In this document: positions 27,564 through 37,748 of the stretch, in pieces
Layout: the number at the start of each line of letters is the position of its first letter
Numbering within the stretch: position 1 is the first letter of the stretch
Origin: Acidobacteriota bacterium
GTDB taxonomy: Bacteria > Acidobacteriota > UBA6911 > RPQK01 > JAJDTT01
Reading direction: 5' to 3'
Assembly: GCA_965209055.1 (NCBI GenBank)
Contig: OZ242374.1
Location: 2,144,001 to 2,208,000 of the forward strand
DNA: 64,000 bases
Notes under the pieces: generated by a model
Seen by the model: only the letters and a program-made list of their open reading frames with translations
Told to the model about the DNA's origin: nothing
Databases searched by the model: none
Translations under genes and position numbers: made by a program

Positions 27564-30131
27564 TCATTCCCGGGTGAAAAACTCGTCTACGTTGAGCAGC
27601 ACGCTGGCCGCCATGTACCAGACCGCCTCCTCCTGGCCCTTCTTTCCGTCCGGCATGGCAAGGCTCAGAATCTCTTCCGTCTCCGCCGGATCGGCGCGAA
27701 ACTCCTGGCGCTGGGTGGTCAACAGGCGCTCCAGCCGGGCTTTCTCCTGGGGCTCCGGCGGTCGGGTCAGGCAGATTCTGAAGAGATGGTCGAGGCGTTC
27801 CGAGTCCGTGCCGTCCGGAAGCTCTCTCAGGACTCTGTAGGCCAGGCCTTGGGCGAACTCGTGAAATCCTTCGTCGTTCAGAAGCGTCAGGGCCTGCAAC
27901 GGCGTCGTCGACCGGTTTCGGCGGGTGACCGTCAACATGGCGTCCGGGCTGTCGAAGACTGCCAGAGCCGGATGGGGACTGAGTCGCCAGTAGTAGGTGT
28001 ACAGTCCTCGCCGATACCGGTCCTGCCCCTTGCTTTCCGGCCATCGCTCATGGCTCCCGTCGGGCCTGGCGCCATTCTTGATGATGACCCAGGGGGGTTG
28101 CGGCGGGTATACGCTCGGCCCGCCGATCTTCGGCGCCAGGAGGCCGCTCGCCGACAACGCCAGGTCGCGGATCACTTCCGACTCGACGCGCAGCCGGTTC
28201 TGCCGCGCCAGCAGGCGGTTGCGGGGGTCCTCCTGCCGGAGATCCGGGCGGTGCCGGGACGACTGCCGATAGGTGGCCGAGGTGGCGATGAGGCGATGGA
28301 TGGCCTTCAGGCTCCAGTCCTGAGCCACGAACTCCGAGGCCAGCCAGTCCAGGAGCCGGGCGTGGGAGGGAGGGGTGCCCTGGGTTCCGAAATCGTTGCT
28401 GGTCTCGACGATTCCAGTACCGAAATACCGCTGCCAGATCCGGTTGACGGTGACCCGCGGCGTCAGGGGATTCTTCTCGTCCACGAGCCAGTGGCCCAGG
28501 TCCAGGCGAGTGTAATTCTCACGTTCGGGCAACGGCGGCAGCACGGCCAGGGTTCCGGGCCAGACCTGAATCCCCTTCTGCAGGAAATCGCCTCCCAGCA
28601 GTACGTGGGTCGGACGGGGTTCGGGCAACTCCCGCATGACCAACGTGCTGGGGATGTCGGGCTTCAGCTCCCCGACGGTTGCCAGCGCTTTCGTTCGTTC
28701 CTGATGTCCCGCATCCTGCCGGAAATAGGCGCGCCGCGTGTACCTCTGCTGCTCCGGATGGCGTTCCGCGATGGGAATCTTCAGAGCGGCCAGATGGCCC
28801 GGGGTCAGCTTGGCGCGGGCTTCTTCGTCCAGGTTGGCCTCCCACTCCTCCTGCTTGGAAACCAACAGTTCCTCGTACTTCTCGTTTTCCTCCCGCATCG
28901 CCTTGAGCTGGGCCTGGATGGCATCACGCCGCGCAAATTGTTCGGGGGTGCCGAACTCCATGATCGGCTCGTAGGCGCGGGCGCGTCCGGCTTGGTTCTT
29001 GTACTCGCCGCTCAGCTCGTCGATGTTGTTGAAGAAGGAGAAGAACCGGTAGAACTCCCGTTGGGAGACGGGGTCGTACTTGTGGTCGTGGCAGCGGGCG
29101 CAGCCCAGGGTCAGACCCAGGAAGACGACGCCCGTGGTATGCACCCGGTCGACCACCGCCTCGACGCGGTACTGTTCGAAGTCGATGCCCCCCTCCAGAT
29201 TCAACTGGGTGTTGCGGTGAAATCCCGTGGCGATGACCTGGTCCCGGGTGGGCTCGGGCATCAGGTCGCCGGCGATCTGCTCGACCACGAACTCGTCGTA
29301 GGGAAGGTCGCGGTTCAGAGCCTCGATCACCCAGTCCCGGTATTTCCAGATCTTGCGGGGCAGGTCGTTGTTGTAGCCGTCCGAGTCGGCATATCGGGCC
29401 AGATCGAGCCAATGGCGTCCCCAGCGCTCGCCGTAGTGCGGCGACCCCAGCAGCCCGTCGATGAGCCGTTCATAGGCGTCCGAGCGCGTATCTTCCAGAA
29501 ATGCGTCCACCTCCTCGGGGCGGGGCAACAGTCCGACCAGGTCCAGATAGGCCCGGCGGATCAGGGTGGCCTTCTCCGCTTCCGGCGATGGTTTCAAACC
29601 TTGCTGATCGAGGCGGGCGAGGATGAAGCGGTCGATGGGATTGCGCACCCAGCCGGCGTCGGACACTGCCGGTTCCGCGGGACGCCGGATGGGCTGGAAC
29701 GCCCAGTGTTTCGACGGGTCCTCCATGGCCTTGGCCCGGTCCGGCGCCGGGTCGGGCCAGGGAAGCCCCATTCGGATCCAACGGACCAGCGCCGAAACCT
29801 CCTGATCGGCCAGCGCCTCCCCTGGAGGCATCTTCAAATCGCCCTGCCGCCTGATGGCGTGGACGAGAAGGCTCTCCCCGGGCAGGCCCTCGGCCACGGC
29901 TTCGCCCCGGTTTCCACCCTTGAGGAGCCCCTCCCGGCTATCGGTGGAGAGGCCGCTGGTGGGCAGCTTGTCGTTGTGACAGCCGGAACACTTGTTCCGC
30001 AGGACCGGACGGATCCGGTTTTCGAAGAACTGGATCTGGTCCGCGGAAAACCGCGCCGTCTCCGCCGCGGCGAGCAGATGGAAACTACTGCAAGCGGTGA
30101 GGATCAAGACTGTTAGGAGAGGGCGAACCAT
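27564..30131 (-). CDS. Planctomycete cytochrome c / PSD1 (DUF1549+DUF1553) protein
   Basis: CSGCH, NPIDRFI, YGERWGRHWLD, CARCHDHKYDP, NPLTPRVTVNRIW, TPLQAL. Confidence 0.9.
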   Translation of the reverse strand: MVRPLLTVLILTACSSFHLLAAAETARFSADQIQFFENRIRPVLRNKCSGCHNDKLPTSGLSTDSREGLLKGGNRGEAVAEGLPGESLLVHAIRRQGDLKMPPGEALADQEVSALVRWIRMGLPWPDPAPDRAKAMEDPSKHWAFQPIRRPAEPAVSDAGWVRNPIDRFILARLDQQGLKPSPEAEKATLIRRAYLDLVGLLPRPEEVDAFLEDTRSDAYERLIDGLLGSPHYGERWGRHWLDLARYADSDGYNNDLPRKIWKYRDWVIEALNRDLPYDEFVVEQIAGDLMPEPTRDQVIATGFHRNTQLNLEGGIDFEQYRVEAVVDRVHTTGVVFLGLTLGCARCHDHKYDPVSQREFYRFFSFFNNIDELSGEYKNQAGRARAYEPIMEFGTPEQFARRDAIQAQLKAMREENEKYEELLVSKQEEWEANLDEEARAKLTPGHLAALKIPIAERHPEQQRYTRRAYFRQDAGHQERTKALATVGELKPDIPSTLVMRELPEPRPTHVLLGGDFLQKGIQVWPGTLAVLPPLPERENYTRLDLGHWLVDEKNPLTPRVTVNRIWQRYFGTGIVETSNDFGTQGTPPSHARLLDWLASEFVAQDWSLKAIHRLIATSATYRQSSRHRPDLRQEDPRNRLLARQNRLRVESEVIRDLALSASGLLAPKIGGPSVYPPQPPWVIIKNGARPDGSHERWPESKGQDRYRRGLYTYYWRLSPHPALAVFDSPDAMLTVTRRNRSTTPLQALTLLNDEGFHEFAQGLAYRVLRELPDGTDSERLDHLFRICLTRPPEPQEKARLERLLTTQRQEFRADPAETEEILSLAMPDGKKGQEEAVWYMAASVLLNVDEFFTRE

Positions 30132-30244
30132 GGCCCTAGCCTACCACTGTTCCATCACCACGTTCCATCACAGCGGGGACGGGCATCCCGCCGGGAGCCG
30201 CACTCTGCCGGCTCGATGGAATCGGGGGTGACGTTCCACGAATT

Positions 30245-31465
30245 TCATCGTTCGTAACCCGCGAAATCAATCGGTGCCTCGACCAGCCACTTGTGCAGGA
30301 ACCGCTGCCAGGCCGGGTCGATGTGGTGTCCGTTGGCCGAATGTCCGTCCGGCGTGGGCACGTATTCGTATCGTTCCCGGACTCCGAGAAATTCGTAGAC
30401 TTCCGCCGAACGGTTGCAGTACCCCTCGTTGTGCAGGTCAGCCATTCGTCCGCCGATGAGCATGAAGCCCCGGGGCGCGCACATGGCCATCAGCTCGTGG
30501 TGGTTCCGCTCGAGTCCGGGACGGCCCACGTCGGGATTCAGCAGGCTCAGGACGGTGCCACGCAGGCCGTGTATTGGGTAATCGTGCGTGCGGATGCCGG
30601 GGAACCGTTTCAGCCAGTCCAGGTACCAGGGCTTGAACCAGTTGGTCCTGCCGTTGAGGGCGACTCCCGGATCGAAAGAGACCGTCGCCTTGATCTCGGG
30701 GACGAGGGCGGCGGCGTAGATGGCCGCCTTGGCGCTCAGGGAGAATCCCATGAACCCGATCCGGTCCGCGTCCACCTCCGGCAGGGAGCTCAGGTATTCC
30801 ACCTCCCGCGAGACGTCGTGGATCATCTTGCCCATGGGCAGCCAGTGTCCGAACCGGGAATAGAGTGTCTCGTGCACCCCGTTGCGAAAGCTCCGGCCCT
30901 CCCGGTACTTCTTGATGAAGGATTGGCTGGTCAGGACCACGAAGCCGCGGCGCGCCAGGTAGCTGCCCCACCATTGCTCGGGAGCATCGTAGTCGGAGCT
31001 GGTGGCAGCCCAGGCGATGACCGCGGGAAATGGGCCGGATCCCTGGTCCTTGGGTAGCAGCAGGAGGTGGTCCTGGAAAAAATCGACCTCCATGGGAAGC
31101 CCCAGGTGGATCCGTGTGTAGCCGTCATGCTCTTGGCGACTGTAAACCTGGGTCTTCGTGATGTCTCCGAACCAACGCCGGTCCTCCGGCGCGGGACTCA
31201 GCTTGCCCAGGATCCGGGTCCAGAGTTCCACCAGCTCAGGTCGCCGGCGCGCATACCAATCCTCCGCGGTCTCGACCTTCTGCCCGTCTTCAGAAACCAG
31301 AGCCGAAGGGATTTCCATCAGGTGTTGCCCTGGTTGCCTGGAAGGTCCCCGGACCCAGGGATGGTAGGTGATCCTTCCCAGGTTTCCGGTCTCCCCTGGC
31401 GCCAGCGAAGTCAGAATGAGTCCCAACAGGCCCGCGAGGACCGATTTCCTGTATTTCCGTCTCAC
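30245..31465 (-). CDS. Exported alpha/beta hydrolase (dienelactone hydrolase/esterase-like)
   Basis: GPFPAVI, VDADRIGFMGFSLSAK, HHELMAMCAPR. Confidence 0.75.
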   Translation of the reverse strand: MRRKYRKSVLAGLLGLILTSLAPGETGNLGRITYHPWVRGPSRQPGQHLMEIPSALVSEDGQKVETAEDWYARRRPELVELWTRILGKLSPAPEDRRWFGDITKTQVYSRQEHDGYTRIHLGLPMEVDFFQDHLLLLPKDQGSGPFPAVIAWAATSSDYDAPEQWWGSYLARRGFVVLTSQSFIKKYREGRSFRNGVHETLYSRFGHWLPMGKMIHDVSREVEYLSSLPEVDADRIGFMGFSLSAKAAIYAAALVPEIKATVSFDPGVALNGRTNWFKPWYLDWLKRFPGIRTHDYPIHGLRGTVLSLLNPDVGRPGLERNHHELMAMCAPRGFMLIGGRMADLHNEGYCNRSAEVYEFLGVRERYEYVPTPDGHSANGHHIDPAWQRFLHKWLVEAPIDFAGYER

Positions 31466-31492
31466 TCGGCTCCCCTTACTTGTGCAAAATAT

Positions 31493-31553
31493 GTAGGTGC
31501 GCCCCTTGTGAGCGCCCTCGTTCGTCTGTTGAGGAGGGACGACTTTCCAGTCG
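31493..31553 (+). repeat. GTAG-type and GGAG-type REP-like palindromes
   Basis: GTAGGTGCGCCCCTTGTGAGCGCCC (31493-31517) and GGAGGGACGACTTTCCAGTCG (31533-31553). Confidence 0.6.
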
Positions 31554-31621
31554 ATTCTTTAACCTCTCCTGCCTCTTCTCTGGTTCCTCTTTCCTCGAAT
31601 TCCCACACTCTCTCACGAGCA

Positions 31622-31888
31622 TCAGCGCTGGATTTTCTTGTACACGTCACGGCGGTGGCCGATCGCAACGACGAGGATTTCAATGCGAGATTCGATAAGG
31701 CGATAGATGATGCGGTAACGTCCGGTGCGCCAGGCACGCAAGCCCGTCAAGCCAAGGCGCAGCCGTTTGCCGTGTTCCGGGTCCTTGCTGAGTTTCTGCA
31801 GGGTGTCACGAATACGCTTTCGGACAGTTGGAACTAGTTTCTTGATCGCGCGTGCGGCACTGGGCGCATACTTGATAGTCCATGTCAA
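31622..31888 (-). CDS. relE: RelE/ParE family toxin
   Basis: WTIKYAPSAARAIKKL..P..GKRLR..LRAWRTGRYRIIY..IGHRRDVYK; TTG start overlaps the antitoxin stop. Confidence 0.9.
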   Translation of the reverse strand: MTWTIKYAPSAARAIKKLVPTVRKRIRDTLQKLSKDPEHGKRLRLGLTGLRAWRTGRYRIIYRLIESRIEILVVAIGHRRDVYKKIQR

Positions 31889-32340
31889 TCCCAGACGTCC
31901 TCGTGGCTCATCAGATTGCCCGCTGCTGCTTCCGCCAAGCCCTGTCTGATCGATGTCGTCAACTCTCGGTCCGCCAGGATTTCCCAAGGTTCGATGGAAC
32001 CAAACACCTTGGCAAGCCAGGAACTTCGAGCAAAGAGGTGAGGCTTCTCGTCGTATTCCCTGGACTCGATGCAGTCAACGAACTCCGAGCGAGGGAAGGT
32101 GACTCTCACCGGGATGGTGGTTTGAACACCACCATCGACAAGCCATTCCAACTCGATGGCGTCTCCTCGTTCCCGAGTTCTTGCCGCGGTCACGAACAAG
32201 ACGGATCCAGGTTGCGGTTCATCCACACCACGATTCTCGATGACTTTGTTCAACCACACCTCGTATGCGTTCCTCCACTTCTCATCCATCAAGTAGAGAG
32301 CTTGTCCGAGTGGGATGTCCTCGAAACGCAGGTGCCTCAT
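31885..32340 (-). CDS. Putative antitoxin with atypical N-terminal domain
   Basis: C-terminus EILADRELTTSIRQGLAEAAAGNLMSHEDVWD is RelB/Phd-like; coupled to relE. Confidence 0.6.
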   Translation of the reverse strand: MRHLRFEDIPLGQALYLMDEKWRNAYEVWLNKVIENRGVDEPQPGSVLFVTAARTRERGDAIELEWLVDGGVQTTIPVRVTFPRSEFVDCIESREYDEKPHLFARSSWLAKVFGSIEPWEILADRELTTSIRQGLAEAAAGNLMSHEDVWD

Positions 32341-32457
32341 GATCTCATCTTCTTTCGATACGCGATCAACCCAGACGGAACTCGCATGGTCATAATTGTA
32401 CGCTTGTGTGAGTTAACGTTTCTATCCGCAAAAAGACGAACCGCTGCGATGAAGAAT

Positions 32458-32478
32458 GGAGGGACGATTCAACAGTCG
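32458..32478 (+). repeat. GGAG-type REP-like copy
   Basis: GGAGGGACGATTCAACAGTCG, 17/21 identical to 31533-31553. Confidence 0.55.
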
Positions 32479-32535
32479 CCTATTTCGCCAATCTCCCGCG
32501 CCATCCCTCAACCGTGTTCCATCTAACGGCCGTGT

Positions 32536-34260
32536 TTACCTTGGCCTTCCCTTCTCGTTCGTTGTCCCTCCGCCGGCAAGATTCTCCAGCGCCAGGGAGC
32601 GGAACTCCCTCATCCGTCTCGCCCACAATTCCTTCAGCCGGCCGACCTTGCCGGGGTGCCCCGAGGCCAGATCGGTGGTCTCGGTGCGGTCGGACTCCAG
32701 ATCGTAGAGCTCCCACGGCCCTTCCGGGCCTTCAGAGACAAACTTCCAGCGGCCGGACCGCACCGCCCGGTTTTTCTCGTGGTACCACCAGAGATGGTCG
32801 CGAGCGACTGTGCCATCTTCGGCGAGTACGGGAAGGAGGCTCTTTCCCGGAAAGGGAGGAGCCGCAACCGGTCTTCCTGTCCAGTTCCGCCAATCCGAGG
32901 GTCCGGTCAGTTCCAGGACGGTGGGGACGAAATCGATCACGTGCCCCACGTTGTGGCGGAGCTCGTTTCGGGATGAGATGCCGCGGGGCCAGTGCACGAT
33001 CATCGGCGTGGCGATGCCGCCCTCGTGGACCCACATCTTGTGGCGCCGGAAGGGGGTGTTGGCGACGGTCGAACCACCCGGGCCCAGGCACAGGAATGTG
33101 CCGGCCGAGCCAGGGTCCGCCTCCGGGTCGTGGCCGTCACTGCGGACGATGAGCTCGCAACTGGCGCCGTTGTCGGAGAGGAAGAGGATCAACGTGTCCT
33201 CGAAGGCGTCCATGCGGCGAAGTTGATCCAGGACCCGCCCGATCTCCCGGTCCATGCTGTGGATCATGGCGGCATGGATGGCCATCTTCGCCGCTTGAAA
33301 CTCGCGCTGCGCGGCGGTCAGCCGGCTCCAGGGAAGCGGCCGGTTCACCTCGCCCGGTCCCAGCGCCTCCAGGGTTCCGGGGAATTCCCGGATCGGGCCC
33401 ACGCCGGGTTCCATTTCGGGCAGCCGGCCGGAGACGATGCCCATCTCGCGGATCCGTCGCCACCGGTCCCGGCGGACTTCATCCCAGTCGCGCCGGTACC
33501 GGTCGCGGTATCGGGAGATGTCCCCGGGCAGGGCGTGGAGCGGGAAATGGGGTGCGGTGAATGCCAGGTAGTGGAAGAAGGGCCGGCCGCCGAATTCGGC
33601 CGCATGTTGCCTGAGGGTCCGGATGGCGTGATCGGCAATGGCGGTGGTGGCGTAATAGCCGCTGCCGGGCTCGATGGGCGGCAGTTTCCCATCGTCCTCC
33701 CAGTGGACCTGCGGATTGAAGAACCGTCCCTGGTCCCGCAGGTAGTAGGACCGATGGAATCCGTTGGCCACGGGCATCCCGTCGATGTGCCACTTGCCCG
33801 AGTGGTAGGAGCGGTACCCGAGCGGCCGGAGCATATCGGGAAGCAGGCGGGCCCAATCCGGACGTTCGCCCCTTCCGCCGGGGACACCGGGCAATTTATC
33901 CCGTCCCACCTGCTGGGCATAGTAACCGGTGAGCAGCGCGGCGCGGGTGGGCCAGCACCTCGCCGTGTTGTAGAACTGGGTGAAGCGGAGGCCGCCTCGG
34001 GCCAATCCGTCCAGGTTCGGCGTCTCGATCTCGCCCCCGTAGCACCCGAGATCGGAAAATCCCAGGTCATCGGCCAGGATGACCATGATGTTGGGACGGT
34101 TGGGCTCTGTCAGGACAAGGAACAGTATCGTGCATAAAGCACAAAATGGCAGAAAAGCACCAAGCACCAGATTCCAAACGGCATTCGGCCGCCCGGGCAC
34201 AAAACGCCGGGGACGTGTCTCGGTGTCACGGGGATTGGATTCAGAGAATTCAGATTTCAT
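32536..34260 (-). CDS. Arylsulfatase (formylglycine type)
   Basis: PNIMVILADDLG, CWPTRAALLTG (CxPxR), GKWH, SDNG; start uncertain. Confidence 0.92.
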   Translation of the reverse strand: MKSEFSESNPRDTETRPRRFVPGRPNAVWNLVLGAFLPFCALCTILFLVLTEPNRPNIMVILADDLGFSDLGCYGGEIETPNLDGLARGGLRFTQFYNTARCWPTRAALLTGYYAQQVGRDKLPGVPGGRGERPDWARLLPDMLRPLGYRSYHSGKWHIDGMPVANGFHRSYYLRDQGRFFNPQVHWEDDGKLPPIEPGSGYYATTAIADHAIRTLRQHAAEFGGRPFFHYLAFTAPHFPLHALPGDISRYRDRYRRDWDEVRRDRWRRIREMGIVSGRLPEMEPGVGPIREFPGTLEALGPGEVNRPLPWSRLTAAQREFQAAKMAIHAAMIHSMDREIGRVLDQLRRMDAFEDTLILFLSDNGASCELIVRSDGHDPEADPGSAGTFLCLGPGGSTVANTPFRRHKMWVHEGGIATPMIVHWPRGISSRNELRHNVGHVIDFVPTVLELTGPSDWRNWTGRPVAAPPFPGKSLLPVLAEDGTVARDHLWWYHEKNRAVRSGRWKFVSEGPEGPWELYDLESDRTETTDLASGHPGKVGRLKELWARRMREFRSLALENLAGGGTTNEKGRPR

Positions 34261-34414
34261 CCGGGCGTCGACGTGAGGACTCCTCGGCATTGTCCGATTT
34301 CCTCGTGGATGCTTGAATTTGATCGTACGTTACACTGTCGGTACTGACAACGACTGCGGCACGGGGTTAGTCCGGATCTGCCCCAATCATTCCAGGTCAA
34401 CGATGGTTTCACCT

Positions 34415-35974
34415 ATGGAAAACAGACTCGACCGGCGGCGGCGCTGGACCGGATCCCGCAGAGACTTCCTGAGGATCTCCTCACTCGGGTTCGGGTCGCT
34501 GCCGTTGATTCAACCGGCACGGATTATGGCGTCCGGCGCCCGCCGGTCATCTCCGCAAGTGCGCGAGATCGGGTCGCGGCTCGAGCTGTTCGTGGACGAC
34601 TGGCTGATCGAGACCATGAAGGGGGTGGAGCTGAAGCTGCACCGTCCCGTACCCCGGGAGGTGGTCCTCGAGTTCGATCGTCCCTGGGAGGGCTCCCTGA
34701 GTTACGCCCCGGTCTACATGAAGGAGGGAGACCGCTACCGGCTCTGGTACCGGGGAGGCGGCGTATGGGACGGGATCCGGGCGGATCGGCGCCCGGAGCC
34801 GTGCACCTGCTATGCCGAGAGCCGCGACGGCATCCATTGGGAGAGGCCGGTCCTGGGGATCCACGAAACCCGGGGCATCCGCGGATTCGAGCCCTCCAGA
34901 GACAACAACATCGTGATCCACGGAAGCACCGCCCAGCACGTCTGTGTCTTCAAGGACAGCAACCCGGCGGCGCGCGAGCGCGAACGCTACAAGGCCATCG
35001 GCCTCTCGTCCGGGTTCGACCCGCCGGGAACGCTCCGCGGCCTCGTTTCGCCGGACGGACTTCACTGGACGGTGCTGGACAAGGACCCCATCCTCACTGC
35101 ACCCGGAGACGACCACTGGCCCCATTTTGACTCCCACAACACAGCTTTGTGGGATCCCAATCTCGGGCAGTACGTGGCCTACATGCGGGGAATGGACCCG
35201 CGGTTCGGAGTCTTCGAGACCTACCCGCCCGGAATCCGCTCCATCCGGCGCAGCGTTTCTACCGACTTCAGAACCTGGTCCAAGCCGCAGTTCATCGAGT
35301 TGGGCGATGCTCCCGTCGAGCATCTCTACATGAACGCTTGCGACCTGTACTACCGGGCGCCTCACCTCTACCTCATGTTTCCCAAGCGCTTCTTCCCGAA
35401 ACGCAAGGTCCGCCAAGACTGGACAGCGAGCGGAATTTCCGAAAGCGTGTTCATGACCAGCCGCGACGGCATCCACTGGGACCGGCGTTTCATGGAGGCG
35501 TTCCTGCGCCCCGGGCCCGACCCGGACAACTGGACCGACCGGAACATGTACAAGGGGGTCGGCATCGTGCCCACCGGACCGGCGGAGATGTCCATCTACT
35601 ACGTCGAGCACTACCGGCACCCCTCGGTCCGGCTGCGGAGGGGGACTCTCCGCATTGACGGATTCGTGTCGGTGAACGGAGCCTGGTCCGGCGGGGAGCT
35701 CCTGACGCGGCCCCTTGTTTTCCAGGGCAGGGAGTTGGTCCTGAACTACGCCACTTCGGCGGCGGGCAGTCTGCGGGTGGAGGTTCAGGACGGTCAGGGA
35801 AGGTCCGTAGACGGCTTTGGGCTGGCCGACTGCGGGGAACTCGTGGGGGACGAGATCGAACGGGTCGTCGCCTGGCGGCCTGGACGCGATTTGAGTTCGT
35901 TGTCGGGGACACCCGTCCGGCTGCGGTTCGCCGTGAAAGACGCGGACCTGTATTCCATTCGGTTCCGGACCTGA
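34415..35974 (+). CDS. Tat-exported beta-propeller glycosidase-like protein (paralog 1)
   Basis: SRRDFL, repeated S-x-DG-x-x-W boxes, LRIDGFVS..ADLYSIRF. Confidence 0.75.
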   Translation: MENRLDRRRRWTGSRRDFLRISSLGFGSLPLIQPARIMASGARRSSPQVREIGSRLELFVDDWLIETMKGVELKLHRPVPREVVLEFDRPWEGSLSYAPVYMKEGDRYRLWYRGGGVWDGIRADRRPEPCTCYAESRDGIHWERPVLGIHETRGIRGFEPSRDNNIVIHGSTAQHVCVFKDSNPAARERERYKAIGLSSGFDPPGTLRGLVSPDGLHWTVLDKDPILTAPGDDHWPHFDSHNTALWDPNLGQYVAYMRGMDPRFGVFETYPPGIRSIRRSVSTDFRTWSKPQFIELGDAPVEHLYMNACDLYYRAPHLYLMFPKRFFPKRKVRQDWTASGISESVFMTSRDGIHWDRRFMEAFLRPGPDPDNWTDRNMYKGVGIVPTGPAEMSIYYVEHYRHPSVRLRRGTLRIDGFVSVNGAWSGGELLTRPLVFQGRELVLNYATSAAGSLRVEVQDGQGRSVDGFGLADCGELVGDEIERVVAWRPGRDLSSLSGTPVRLRFAVKDADLYSIRFRT

Positions 35975-35999
35975 CGCCGGCACGGGCTGGGAGGGAAAG

Positions 36000-37739
36000 A
36001 TGAGACTGCATCGCTGGTTGACGCTCCTTTTCGGTGTCATGTTCGCAACCGTCGCCTGCTCTCCCCAGGGAGGAGGAGAAGGCGGCGGCGCCGAAGGGAC
36101 GGTCTTCCCCAAGGACCGGAAGCGGCGGATCCTCTACTACGACGCCGCCTCGCAGGAAACCTGGGGTTACATCGACCAGGGTCGCAAGATCCCCTACACC
36201 AAGCTGATCGCCGACATCACCGACCATCAGGCCTTCCTCGACGCCCGCACCAACATGACCTTCGGCACCCAGGTGGACACCTACGTCTTCCACGTCGGCA
36301 ACGGCGCGGACCCTCCCTACAACACCTCGACGGAGATGCTCTGGCCCTGTTTCAGTTCCTACGAGGAGGTGCGGGACCTGGTCATCGAAGCCTGCCACGC
36401 CCGCGGAATGGAGGTGTGGGCCTCCCTGAGGATGAACGATCTGCACGCATCCTGGCGGTCCGTCTCCCTCCATGATCTGGACGATCCCTTCAAGATCGAG
36501 CATCCGGAATTCCTGCTGGCCCCTGAAAGCAGTCGGCACCTGGCCTCCGAACTGACCGAACACATGCTGTGGTCCGGGTTCAACTTCGTCCATCCGGAGG
36601 TCCGGAAACACCGGCTGGACTTCATCGAGCGGACCGCCGCGGCCCATGATTTCGACGGCTACGAGCTGGACTTCAACCGCATGGGCATCAGTTTCCCGCT
36701 GGGACAGGAGCGGCAAAACGCGCACCTGTTGACCGAAATGATGCGCGAGGCGCGGCAGCGGCTGGATGCCGTGGGGGAGCGGCGGGGACGTCCCTACACC
36801 CTGGCCGTCCATGTCGTGGACTCCCTGGAACGGTCGCAGGAGCTGGGCATGGAGGTCGATGTGTGGGTCCGGGAGGGGCTGGTGGACGTGCTGCTTGTGG
36901 GCATGGGCCACCTCCCCAGCCGGCTGCGGCTGGACCAGTTCCTGAGTCTGGGGCGGGCCCACGGGGTTCCCGTCTACGCCACCCTCAACGGCAACTCCTA
37001 TCGGGCCGGGGCCTGGGACGGGCTCTACGGGCGGCCGGTGTTTCGGGAAGGCATGCGGGCCAGCGCCGCCTTTTACCACCAGGAGGGTGCGGACGGCGTC
37101 TACCTGTTCAACTACGTCAACGAGCCGACCCAGGAACTGACCCGGGAGGAGTTCGTCTCGGCCCTCAGCGAACTGGGGGAGGCCGGGACTCTGGCGGGCA
37201 AGAACAAGGTCTACGGCATCCACTCCACGGCCCACACCGGAGGACCCATCATCCAGGGGTCCGAGTCGGCCCTCCTGCCCGTGGTCCTGGATCGGGTGGA
37301 GACCAAGCTGCCGCTGCTGATGGGACCGGACGGCGACGATGAGAACGCCCGTTTCCGCATCAGCCTCTGGACGGCCGACAGTCGAGAGGACACCCGCATC
37401 TGGGTCCGGCTGAACCACACCCTGCTTGCCGCGCCGACCCGGGAGGAGCCCTGGTATCACCTGGACGTTCCCGCCGGGATCATGCGCAGCGGCAACAACG
37501 AGTTGGGCATCATTTCGGACGTTCCGGCGGGAGGACCGTTCCCCGGGATCGTGGCTCCACCCGGCGTCAAGCGAAAGGACTGGCTGGGTTGGAAACGGAA
37601 CGAGGGGACCCTGGTGGACGAGTTCGCGGAGGGTCGATTGGTTCGGGACCCGGATACGGAAGGTAGAGACGGACCCGACAAGAGGCGTCCGGTGATCGTG
37701 CACCAGATCTTCGTGACCGTGGAGTATCCGAATCGATAG
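36000..37739 (+). CDS. Lipoprotein, GHL10-like TIM-barrel glycoside hydrolase-like
   Basis: Lipobox TVAC; ASLRMND, DFDGYELDFNR, GADGVYLFN. Confidence 0.7.
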   Translation: MRLHRWLTLLFGVMFATVACSPQGGGEGGGAEGTVFPKDRKRRILYYDAASQETWGYIDQGRKIPYTKLIADITDHQAFLDARTNMTFGTQVDTYVFHVGNGADPPYNTSTEMLWPCFSSYEEVRDLVIEACHARGMEVWASLRMNDLHASWRSVSLHDLDDPFKIEHPEFLLAPESSRHLASELTEHMLWSGFNFVHPEVRKHRLDFIERTAAAHDFDGYELDFNRMGISFPLGQERQNAHLLTEMMREARQRLDAVGERRGRPYTLAVHVVDSLERSQELGMEVDVWVREGLVDVLLVGMGHLPSRLRLDQFLSLGRAHGVPVYATLNGNSYRAGAWDGLYGRPVFREGMRASAAFYHQEGADGVYLFNYVNEPTQELTREEFVSALSELGEAGTLAGKNKVYGIHSTAHTGGPIIQGSESALLPVVLDRVETKLPLLMGPDGDDENARFRISLWTADSREDTRIWVRLNHTLLAAPTREEPWYHLDVPAGIMRSGNNELGIISDVPAGGPFPGIVAPPGVKRKDWLGWKRNEGTLVDEFAEGRLVRDPDTEGRDGPDKRRPVIVHQIFVTVEYPNR

Positions 37740-37748
37740 GGGGGAATC

